Assembly: GCA_963733055.1 (NCBI GenBank)
Contig: CAVTBR010000002.1
Coordinates: 1-64,000 of the forward strand
Origin: Candidatus Bathyarchaeota archaeon
GTDB taxonomy: Archaea; Thermoproteota; Bathyarchaeia; 40CM-2-53-6
Length of the DNA stretch: 64,000 bases
Direction of reading: 5' to 3'
This document shows positions 50,047 to 58,428 of this stretch, one piece after another. Every line of letters starts with the position of its first letter. Positions within the stretch are counted from its first letter, which is position 1. The notes below the pieces were generated by a model. The model saw only the letters and a program-made list of their open reading frames with translations, had not been told where the DNA came from and searched no databases. Position numbers and translations under genes: made by a program.

Positions 50047-50079
50047 ATCTGAGGGTAACGCGTCGTTGTCGTTTGGTCG

Positions 50080-50322
50080 CTAGGGCTGTTTACTTTCGTT
50101 TGGTGGTTTTCTTCGCAAAACCATTACTGACAAGATGGCCGCTATCAACAGTAGCAAAAAGCTGCTGCCTCCGGCAATTCCAGTAATTGTTTCGTAAGGT
50201 TGAGGGTACACCGCGGAGGGTATACCGAGCGAGTTTCTAACCGACACTCCCACGGAGACGAGTACTACGACGAGAAAGCACATACCGAGGCATATTGCCG
50301 CTGTGACCCGTTCTGTGTCCAA
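50080..50322 (-). CDS. Small two-TM protein (cargo of an adjacent element remnant)
   Basis: Two hydrophobic helices; starts 2 bp after the stop codon of a transposase stub. Confidence 0.6.
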   Translation of the reverse strand: MDTERVTAAICLGMCFLVVVLVSVGVSVRNSLGIPSAVYPQPYETITGIAGGSSFLLLLIAAILSVMVLRRKPPNESKQP

Positions 50323-50323
50323 T

Positions 50324-50525
50324 TTAGTTCGTTGGAGGCTTTCTGCTGGCGTTCTGTATTAAGGTCATCCACTTGTCCGTACCCTTAACCTCTATTCCCG
50401 CGACCTCTGATGGAGTCTTACCCTCTAAGGCTTCGTGTGGTCGAATATAGTTGTGGAAGATTTGCATATCTGACTGAATCGACGTATCCGATTTCTCTCA
50501 GGGTGCACATTGCGCGTTCCCGATC
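50324..50525 (-). pseudogene. 3'-end remnant of the IS6-like transposase
   Basis: Manual translation DRERAMCTL/EKSDTSIQSDMQIFHNYIRPHEALEGKTPSEVAGIEVKGTDKWMTLIQNASRK matches the C-terminus of 47735-48901. Confidence 0.9.
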
Positions 50526-50550
50526 GGTTATATGCAGTAGAGGGGTTCGC

Positions 50551-52389
50551 TTAGGGGAGGTTGAGGTAGCTGAGTTTTTCTTTGGTTGGGACTCCTTGTT
50601 CGTCCCATCCTCTCATTTCGTAGTAGGGGCCTAGCATTTTGCTCACGTCACACGTTTGTCCCTTGGCCGTTCCTTCTGGCATTGGTTCTAGGAACCGGTC
50701 AGGAATTACGTCATCTTTTCTCGTGTAACCTTCCCTCAGATTAAACAGTCTCTCAATGTTCACGATTCTCTCACCCACCTTAACCATCTCGGCATAACTC
50801 TGCTTCATGCCCGTAGCATCACGGATGCACCGCTCAATAACTGGGGGGCTGAAGCCGAAGTCTAAGCAGAAATCGCAGAATACAGCGGAATCAATGGGTG
50901 CCGCGGTTGAATCCTGGAAATCTATTACCCATTTTACTTTGCTGCGGTCCTCCGAGAATCGATCAACTTTCTCCGGCATCCCGAAGAGTTCCACCGCTAT
51001 CGTCCAGCCGTCATTGTGATCGGCGCCGCGAGATGCGGTTGCATAGTTCAACCCGATGCCCTTCGCGCCCCTAGGGTCGTAGCCCGGCATCTCAAGCCCC
51101 TTGACATGCATCGCGAACTTCCAAGCGTCGCTACCCAATTTCTCTGCGGCAACCTTGACTCCATCCGCAAGCGTATTTCCTATCCCTTCCCTTCGTGCGA
51201 TTTTCTCCACTAGCCATAGTAGGGCGTCATCGTTTCCGAAGTTCAACTTCACACCCTCAGTTTGTTGGTCGGTTATGATGCCCCGTTCGTAGCATTCCAT
51301 GGCGAATCCCGTGACCACGCCGGTGGAAATCGTGTCCATGCCGTATTGATCGCATAGAAGGTTGGCGTGGGCTATGGTTTCGAATGAGGGGATCCCGCAG
51401 TTCGCTCCCAACGCGAAAATGTTCTCATGCTCTGGCCTGTCGGTTCTGACGCCCGCGTGAGGGCCATCTTTTATGTCGATCCACTTTGAGCAAAGAACCC
51501 TGCAACCCCAGCAATGGACGAAGCCTCGGTTCGGGTAATGGGATTTTATGTAGGTGGCGTCGATCTTGTCAACCATATCGAAGTAGCCGCTCTGGAAGTT
51601 TCGGGTCGGCATAAGCCCCATCTCGTTGACGAATGAAACCGACCCCGTGGTCCCATCCTCCTTGAACGCCTTCACAACATCGTTGTTGTCCACGATCTTT
51701 CCTATCCAAAGTAATGTCTCGCGCCAATGATCCCTGTCCAAAAATGTCTCGGCCTTTCCCGATCCTTCGACTGCAAAGGCTTTCAGATTCTTTGAACCCA
51801 TTACGGCTCCCGGCCCACATCTGGCGGCGGCCGCGTGTTTGTCGCTCATTATCGCCGCGATCTTGACCAAGTGCTCGCCTGCGGGCCCGATCGAAGCAAC
51901 TCTAATCGTCGGCTTCGAACCTAGCTCGGTGCTGACAGCAGCTTCGGTGTCGTGGGTGGTTTTGCCCCACAGGTGAGACGCGTCCCTGAGCTCAAACTGA
52001 CCATTGTGAAGGTACCCGTAGACTTTCTTCTCGGATTTTCCTTGGATTATTACGCCATCATAGCCCGCGAATTTGATGTTCGGCCCAAGGTGCCCTCCAC
52101 AGAAACCGACCGAGATCGTGCCGGTTGAGGGAGATTTCATTCCAACCGTATATTTCCCGGTTAACGGAACGTTGGTGCCCGCGAGCGGGCCCGTCATGAA
52201 AATTAATCTATTATCAGGACCAAGTGGGTCTGCGTGTGGCGGAAGTTCGTCGTACAGGATTTTTGCGATGAACCCCCTGCCGCCCATCCAAGTCTCAGCG
52301 AAATCATTGTCAATTACTTTCTCTGACGTCTTGCCGGTTGTGAGGTCGACCCGAAGAAGCTTGCCCACGTAACCTTTGTAATCAGTCAA
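50551..52389 (-). CDS. aor: Tungsten-containing aldehyde:ferredoxin oxidoreductase family protein
   Basis: LRVDLT, KSP.TG, SIGPAGE, GAVMGSKNLKA, CWGC..C, D.YGMDTIS, KGLEMPGYDPR and SRGADH motifs. Confidence 0.95.
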   Translation of the reverse strand: MTDYKGYVGKLLRVDLTTGKTSEKVIDNDFAETWMGGRGFIAKILYDELPPHADPLGPDNRLIFMTGPLAGTNVPLTGKYTVGMKSPSTGTISVGFCGGHLGPNIKFAGYDGVIIQGKSEKKVYGYLHNGQFELRDASHLWGKTTHDTEAAVSTELGSKPTIRVASIGPAGEHLVKIAAIMSDKHAAAARCGPGAVMGSKNLKAFAVEGSGKAETFLDRDHWRETLLWIGKIVDNNDVVKAFKEDGTTGSVSFVNEMGLMPTRNFQSGYFDMVDKIDATYIKSHYPNRGFVHCWGCRVLCSKWIDIKDGPHAGVRTDRPEHENIFALGANCGIPSFETIAHANLLCDQYGMDTISTGVVTGFAMECYERGIITDQQTEGVKLNFGNDDALLWLVEKIARREGIGNTLADGVKVAAEKLGSDAWKFAMHVKGLEMPGYDPRGAKGIGLNYATASRGADHNDGWTIAVELFGMPEKVDRFSEDRSKVKWVIDFQDSTAAPIDSAVFCDFCLDFGFSPPVIERCIRDATGMKQSYAEMVKVGERIVNIERLFNLREGYTRKDDVIPDRFLEPMPEGTAKGQTCDVSKMLGPYYEMRGWDEQGVPTKEKLSYLNLP

Positions 52390-52539
52390 AGGTACCGCGT
52401 AGCAGCGAAATCAAAACCACCCTATATGACTTATGCCATGCTTCTCCTACAAAACTGGAGTGCAGCGCACCTATCCATTCTACAAGACGCAGGCCGATTT
52501 CTGGAAATTCCCGAAGAAGATGCTGGTTGAGTTATCGCT

Positions 52540-52899
52540 CTACCCGTTTTTTGTGGGAGGGTATGCTGGGTGCGAGAAAGTGTACACCATCACCACGTCT
52601 TCGGGCCCGTCATTCTTCACACCGTGCGCGGTGCCCGGCGGAATGTACACTGCCGAGTTGGGTCCGAACTCAACCTCACCGTCCGTCAACGTGATTTTTC
52701 CCTTGCCGGAAATTATGAAGGCACACTCCTCTTCCGTGTGAATCTTCTTCTCTGTGTTTGCTCCCGGTTTGAACGTTGAGAAGCCCAGCATCATTTTCTT
52801 TGTGCCGATGGTGTTCTTGGAGAGTAATTCGACGAGCCAGCTTCCGTCAGGGAGGGTGGACCGTACTCCCTGGTCTTGCCGCACGACTTTAACTTCCAT
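52540..52899 (-). CDS. Cupin-domain protein
   Basis: HTEEEC.FIISGKG...VYIPPGTAHGVKN; start placed at ATG 52899. Confidence 0.85.
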   Translation of the reverse strand: MEVKVVRQDQGVRSTLPDGSWLVELLSKNTIGTKKMMLGFSTFKPGANTEKKIHTEEECAFIISGKGKITLTDGEVEFGPNSAVYIPPGTAHGVKNDGPEDVVMVYTFSHPAYPPTKNG

Positions 52900-52919
52900 A
52901 AAACTTTCCGCCTCGTGAG

Positions 52920-53381
52920 TTAACCGAACTTGTTTATGCTCTCCGAACCCTTGACCTCGGCGGTCCAATGGAATTCCTCGCCTCGATTGACCTTCTCCTG
53001 CTCGTCCTCAGCCGCTTTCACGGCTTCGCTTCCTCCATCTACCCAGGTCGACCAACCCGCAAGCCAGATACACAATGAAACTGCCTCTTGGACTTCCCTG
53101 GGCGTTGCTCCTAGGCGCACGGCTTTTCGAGCGTGGCTTCGGCCCTTTTCACCACGACCAGTTGCCACCTCAATCGCGGTGATGATTAGCTCCTTGTATT
53201 TCTCGGGCACAGCACCCTCGACGCCCTTTGGGGGTAACGTTGCTTTTCGAATCTTGATGAAACCTTCAACGATTTCCGGACTATACTTGTCCATGTGTTC
53301 GAAGACGGGGTGCATTCGTCCGAACTTTTCGAGAATGTACTTCTTCGTCTCTTCGTTCAACGCAGATCGATACCGTATCAA
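52920..53381 (-). CDS. Carboxymuconolactone decarboxylase/AhpD-like protein
   Basis: KYKELI...H..KA..LGAT..EV.EA motif. Confidence 0.8.
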   Translation of the reverse strand: MIRYRSALNEETKKYILEKFGRMHPVFEHMDKYSPEIVEGFIKIRKATLPPKGVEGAVPEKYKELIITAIEVATGRGEKGRSHARKAVRLGATPREVQEAVSLCIWLAGWSTWVDGGSEAVKAAEDEQEKVNRGEEFHWTAEVKGSESINKFG

Positions 53382-53479
53382 CGTTCAATAACTTAGGCTT
53401 TCGCAGTAATCGTTTCTATGAACGCATCATATGCGGTGGGCTTAAATAATCTCAGTCAACGCGGACACTGTGAGTCCTT

Positions 53480-54478
53480 ATGGTTTCATTCGAAGCTGCG
53501 ATCAAGGAAGCGAAACTAGCAATCGAACACTGTTATTCAGTCAAGAAAGGGGAGAACGTAGCGATTCTGACCGACCAAGATCATATGGTTGAAGCAAAAG
53601 CCTTGGCCTCCGTAGCTGGGCAAGTGGGGGCAAACGTAGTACTTCTCGACGCCTCTGCCTACGTTCAAGCCGGGATGCTCATCGCGGGCATACCAGAACC
53701 CCCAACCCACATCTCCTCCCTGATGGAGAAGACTCAGGTCTTCATTATCAAAACCGAAATGGATTTCGCACACAGGTTCGCACACACCGAAGCCGCGAGA
53801 ATTGTCGAACGCAACAAGGGAAGAATCGCTTCGGTTGAGGAAGACATGGGCACCTGGGGTATCGAGTACGATTACCTAGTTGAGACAAAGGAACGTACAG
53901 CCAAACTTGGGGCAATCACGGGTAAGGCCGACAGGATTCGGGTAACCTCGGGCAAGGGCACAGATGTGACGTTCTCAATAAAGAACCGCCCAGCCCTTGT
54001 AATCGTGCCGCAACGTGTGCCCGGCGACATAATGTCACCCCTCCCACTATGGGGCGAGGTTGCACATTCGATAATCGAAGATACGGGAAATGGGACCGTG
54101 GTCGCGGACGGCATTGCAAACGCAGTCGCGAACAACGGACTCAAAGAACCAATCACGTACAAGGTCAAGAATGGACGCGCATACGACTATCAAGGAGGCG
54201 ACGAGGCAAAACGATGGGAAGCGATCATAAAGTCCGCGGACGAGAACGCGAATATTCTATGTGAGTTTGCTGTCGGAACAGGCAGGAGGGAACGATGGAA
54301 CACCGTCTCGGAGAAAGGTGCCCTCGGAACCATGCACTTAGCTCTAGGTGAAAATGCTGGACCGTATCCGGGCGGAAAGAGCCACAGCAAAGTGCACTTG
54401 GACGTGACGATTCGATTTCCAACCATCGAAGCCGACGGCAAGGCCATAGTGGAGAAAGGCGTTTTCAAACTAGACTAG
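53480..54478 (+). CDS. Peptidase M29 (aminopeptidase T)/NicX-like protein
   Basis: VKKGENV.ILTD, GTDVTF, GEV, EFAVG, EK..LGTMHLALG and HLD motifs. Confidence 0.75.
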   Translation: MVSFEAAIKEAKLAIEHCYSVKKGENVAILTDQDHMVEAKALASVAGQVGANVVLLDASAYVQAGMLIAGIPEPPTHISSLMEKTQVFIIKTEMDFAHRFAHTEAARIVERNKGRIASVEEDMGTWGIEYDYLVETKERTAKLGAITGKADRIRVTSGKGTDVTFSIKNRPALVIVPQRVPGDIMSPLPLWGEVAHSIIEDTGNGTVVADGIANAVANNGLKEPITYKVKNGRAYDYQGGDEAKRWEAIIKSADENANILCEFAVGTGRRERWNTVSEKGALGTMHLALGENAGPYPGGKSHSKVHLDVTIRFPTIEADGKAIVEKGVFKLD

Positions 54479-54589
54479 CCACTCACATTTCTTGAGGGCA
54501 ATAGCTTCTTTCGTTAACCACGCGTGGTCGATTCCGCGTTAACGCCACACTTTACTATGCCAAACCGCGTGTCCCATTTGGTGACTTAG

Positions 54590-55537
54590 GTGAAGGTTGA
54601 GGATGTCAGGACGGTTTCCGTGATCGGTGCGGGACTCATGGGACACGGTATCGCCCAAGTGTTTGCCCTAGCCGGATACGATGTCATGCTTAGAGACATT
54701 AAACAAGAAATTCTGGAAACCGCGCTTGACAGAGTCAAAAATAACCTTCAGAAAATGTCAACAGCCGGTCTCGTTCGCGAACAAGACATTACTGGGGTCC
54801 TCTCAAGGTTGAAGACCACGGTGGAAATGGAGAAGGCAGTAGGGAACGCCGATTTCGTTATAGAGGCGGCGACTGAGAATATTGAACTCAAGAAACAGAT
54901 TTTCAAGGAACTTGACAAACTCAGCATTGAGCGAACAATTCTCGCCACGAATACTTCCGGGTTGCCAATAGCTGAGGTTGCAGCGGCGACCAGCCGGCCT
55001 GGGAAGGTTGTTGGGACACACTTCTGGAATCCACCGTACCTACTGCGTGCGGTGGAAGTTGTCAAAGGAGCTGGAACGACTGACGAAACCGTTAACGTGA
55101 CTCGTGACCTGCTCTCGAAGGTGGGGAAGAAACCCGTCGTCGTAAACAAGGACGTCCCCGGCCAGATAGGGATTCGAATCCTTTACGCAATGATCCGAGA
55201 GGCTTCATCTCTGGTAGAGAAAGGGGTAGCTTCGCCTGAGGATATAGACATGGTTGTGAAAGAAGCGCTCGGAACGCGCCTCCCCGTTGTCGGCGTTTTG
55301 GAATTGGCCGACCTGTCCGGTGTCGACCTCGTCCTCATGGTATCAAAACGTTTGTTCAAGGATTTGGACAACGATCCTCAACCATCCGCCTTCCTTGAAA
55401 CCATGGTAGCCCAAGGTAAGACCGGGATCAAGAGTGGAAAAGGATTCTACAACTGGACCCCCGACAGCATCGCCTCCACAATCAAGAAACGGGACGAGCA
55501 CCTTCTGAAGATTCTGCAAGAGAAAAAGGGGTCGTGA
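54590..55537 (+). CDS. 3-hydroxyacyl-CoA dehydrogenase family protein
   Basis: GAGLMGHGIA, EAATE..ELK, TNTS, HFWNPP and G.KSGKGFY motifs. Confidence 0.9.
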   Translation: MKVEDVRTVSVIGAGLMGHGIAQVFALAGYDVMLRDIKQEILETALDRVKNNLQKMSTAGLVREQDITGVLSRLKTTVEMEKAVGNADFVIEAATENIELKKQIFKELDKLSIERTILATNTSGLPIAEVAAATSRPGKVVGTHFWNPPYLLRAVEVVKGAGTTDETVNVTRDLLSKVGKKPVVVNKDVPGQIGIRILYAMIREASSLVEKGVASPEDIDMVVKEALGTRLPVVGVLELADLSGVDLVLMVSKRLFKDLDNDPQPSAFLETMVAQGKTGIKSGKGFYNWTPDSIASTIKKRDEHLLKILQEKKGS

Positions 55538-55618
55538 ACGAACCCTCGTTTCCATCGCCGAGAAACCCGGACTAACGCTTAATTACGGTCCGAACGTCTT
55601 GAACGCTTCGAACCCCGA

Positions 55619-57052
55619 TTGTATAAGTTATTCATTAACGGAGAAAACGTGGACGCCGGCAACGCAGACTCCTACGAAATCCGCAACCCAGCAAATTCCG
55701 AGCTCGTCGATACGGTTGCGAAGGGGAACGCCAGCGACGCTAAGAAAGCCATCGACGCCGCGCAAGACGCATACGAAAAGTGGTCAGAAGCAGCACCCAC
55801 GCAAGCAACCGGGGTCCTCAGCAAGGCAGCACAGTTAGTTAGAGCGAAGGAACAGGAACTCGCGACTCTCCTAACAAAGGAACAAGGCAAGACCTTACCT
55901 GAATCCCTTGGAGAGATTAGGTTCTTCGCGAAAACCCTTGAATACTATTCTGGAGCGAAGATAACTGGCTCGTACATTACACTGACCGACAAAGTATCAG
56001 CCGAAATCGTGAAAGAACCAGTAGGGGTTGTCGGCGGCATCGTCCCATGGAATAACCCTGTCATGTTGATGGGAGCCAAGGTGGTATCGTCAATCAAATC
56101 GGGTGATGCAATAGTAATCAAACCCGCCAGCACTACTCCCCTCACGACCATCAGGTGTGCGCAGATTCTACTCGAGGCAGGAGTACCCAAAGGTGTGTTC
56201 AACGTCGTCCCAGGACCCGGAGGAATCGTTGGAGAGGAAATTCTTCGAAACCCGAAGGTAAGGAAAGTATCCTTCACAGGCGAGAGCGAGACGGGGAAAC
56301 ATGTGATGGAGGTAGCGGCTCGTGACTTGAAGAGGGTCACGTTAGAACTGGGTGGAAGCAACCCCGTAATTGTGGCGGATGATGCTGACATTGAGGCGGC
56401 TGTCGACAACACCCTGTTCGGCCGCTTCCGCAACTGCGGGCAAGGATGCATGTGCATCAAGCGCGCGTACGTGTTCGAGAAGATCGCGGACCAGTTCACC
56501 AAACAACTGGTCGAGAAGGTTAACGGGATTAAGGTTGGTAACGGGCTTGTTCAGGGCGTGAGCATGGGCCCCATACACTCCGCGTCCCAGCGGGAAGCGT
56601 TCGAAGCACAAGTGAAAGACGGAATCAGTAAAGGGGCTAAGATTCTCACAGGAGGCAAACGGCCAGCGGGTTCCGAGTTTGACAAAGGCTTCTTCTACCT
56701 ACCAACTCTGCTCTAGAACGCCGATCCAACCTCGAAGGTTCTTACGGAGGAAGTGTTCGGACCTGCCCTCCCGATTGCTCGCGTCAAGGATATGGATGAG
56801 GCGGTGAGGCTTGGTAATGATTCGATCTATGGTTTAGGCGCGCACATTTGGACGAGGGACATCCAGAAGGCTCTCAAGGCGTCTAAGAAATTGAAAGCGG
56901 GCACGATACTCGTGAACACCGCATACGGTGCGGGTGGCTGGGAGATCGAGGTCCCTATGGGAGGCTTCAAACAGAGCGGCATCGGCCGCGAATACGGAAT
57001 CGAAGGCATGGGTCAATACCAAGAAACAAAAACAATCGTTTATGGAACCTAA
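55619..57052 (+). CDS. Aldehyde dehydrogenase interrupted by an in-frame TAG at 56714-56716
   Basis: PWN, FTGE, LELGG, NCGQGC; reading continues in frame PTLL*NADPTSKVLTEEVFGP...PMGGFKQSGIGRE. Confidence 0.85.
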
Positions 57053-57070
57053 AGAAGAGAGGATTAAGGA

Positions 57071-57955
57071 ATGGTCTTCAAACCCACCGCCTTCTTAGAG
57101 CCCACAACTGTTGATGAAGCGTGTGATCTTCTCTTACAATACGGTAAGCATGCGAGAATCCTGGCGGGCGGGACGGCGATCTACGAGCTAGCGAAAAGAG
57201 GTTTGGCGGATGAAGTCAGACAACTCATCAGCCTCAGAAGTGTTCCCGTCAAGTATGTGCGGCGAGATGAACTGGGCCTACACGTCGGGGCTACCACTAC
57301 TCTGGCAGAGTTGATGGCAGCTCCAGAAGTACTCTCCGACGCTTCGTTGCGGGCGGTGTCCGAGGCTCTTCACGAAATCAGGCCAATGCAGGTTCAGTCG
57401 GTTGCAACCGTAGGAGGTGAAATCTGCACATCACTCCCATTATTGGATTTGCCCCCGGCTCTACTGGCCGTTGATGCGGCTGTTGTGATTCAAGGGACGA
57501 AGGGCCGAAGAACCATTCCCCTCAGCGAATTCTTAGTGGATTTCTTCCTCAACGCGCTGGGGAAAGGGGAGCTTATGGTTGAAGCGCTCATTCCAAAGCA
57601 ACCCGAACGTTCCAACTCAGCATTTCTGAAGTTCGGGCGAACTGCCTACGACTTCAACCTAGTCAACGTTGCATGCCGTCTGGCGTTCGCTCGGAACGGA
57701 TCCTGTTCGGATGCAAGAATCTTCCTTGGAGGTGTTGGCAGAGTGCCCTTACGCGCGGTGAAATCTGAAGAAAAGTTGAAGGGAGAGCGAGTTGACGAGC
57801 AGTCCATTTCCAGAGCCGTTGACTCGCTGGAAAAGTTCAGGGCGATTCCGCAAATTCATGGAGATTCCGAATACAAACGAGACGTAGCCCTCGTACTCAT
57901 GCGCGAATGCCTCAAGCTGGTGGCGGAACCCGCGAAGGTGGCGGTTCATCCATGA
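57071..57955 (+). CDS. Xanthine dehydrogenase/CoxM-family FAD subunit
   Basis: LAGGT, GATTTL, ATVGG and EYKR motifs. Confidence 0.9.
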   Translation: MVFKPTAFLEPTTVDEACDLLLQYGKHARILAGGTAIYELAKRGLADEVRQLISLRSVPVKYVRRDELGLHVGATTTLAELMAAPEVLSDASLRAVSEALHEIRPMQVQSVATVGGEICTSLPLLDLPPALLAVDAAVVIQGTKGRRTIPLSEFLVDFFLNALGKGELMVEALIPKQPERSNSAFLKFGRTAYDFNLVNVACRLAFARNGSCSDARIFLGGVGRVPLRAVKSEEKLKGERVDEQSISRAVDSLEKFRAIPQIHGDSEYKRDVALVLMRECLKLVAEPAKVAVHP

Positions 57956-58419
57956 AAGAGACAGTTTCATTGCGAGTGAACGGTAGAGTGCACGAGTTGA
58001 AACTGGGAGCCTACGCGTTGCTGTCTGACGTGATCCGCGAAGACCTCGGAATGAAAGGGACGAAGCGGGGATGCGATTTCGGTGGCTGCGGAGCATGTAC
58101 CGTTCTCTTGGACGGCCAACCAATTTATTCGTGCATGATGCCCGCTCGTCACGCGGAAGGGCATGAGATAACGACGGTTGAGGGACTGGCTGAGGGTGGA
58201 AAACTTTCTCGAGTCCAGGAGTCTTTCGTCAAGAACATGGGTTTCCAGTGTGGGTACTGCACGCCCGGAATAATCATGTCGGCCACGGCCCTGCTCAAAC
58301 GAAATCCACATCCATCAGAGGACGATATCCGCGAGGCATTAGCCGGAAACTTGTGCAGGTGCACTGGGTACACGAGCATTTTCAAATCCATTATGGAAGC
58401 CGCTAAAATGCAGGCCTGA
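57952..58419 (+). CDS. Xanthine dehydrogenase/CoxS-family 2x[2Fe-2S] subunit
   Basis: GCDFGGCGACTV, QCGYCTPG and NLCRCTGY motifs; ATGA overlap with the FAD subunit. Confidence 0.95.
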   Translation: MKETVSLRVNGRVHELKLGAYALLSDVIREDLGMKGTKRGCDFGGCGACTVLLDGQPIYSCMMPARHAEGHEITTVEGLAEGGKLSRVQESFVKNMGFQCGYCTPGIIMSATALLKRNPHPSEDDIREALAGNLCRCTGYTSIFKSIMEAAKMQA

Positions 58420-58428
58420 AGGAATTAC

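Larger units (their letters stand above)
46344..50060. mobile_element. Cargo-carrying element with IS6-like transposase, 52-bp imperfect terminal inverted repeats and a duplicated core site
   Basis: IR-L 46355-46406 vs reverse complement of 49995-50046 is 43/52 identical; the 19-bp direct repeat TACCCATCTGAGGGTAACG occurs at 46344-46362 and 50042-50060. Confidence 0.85.
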
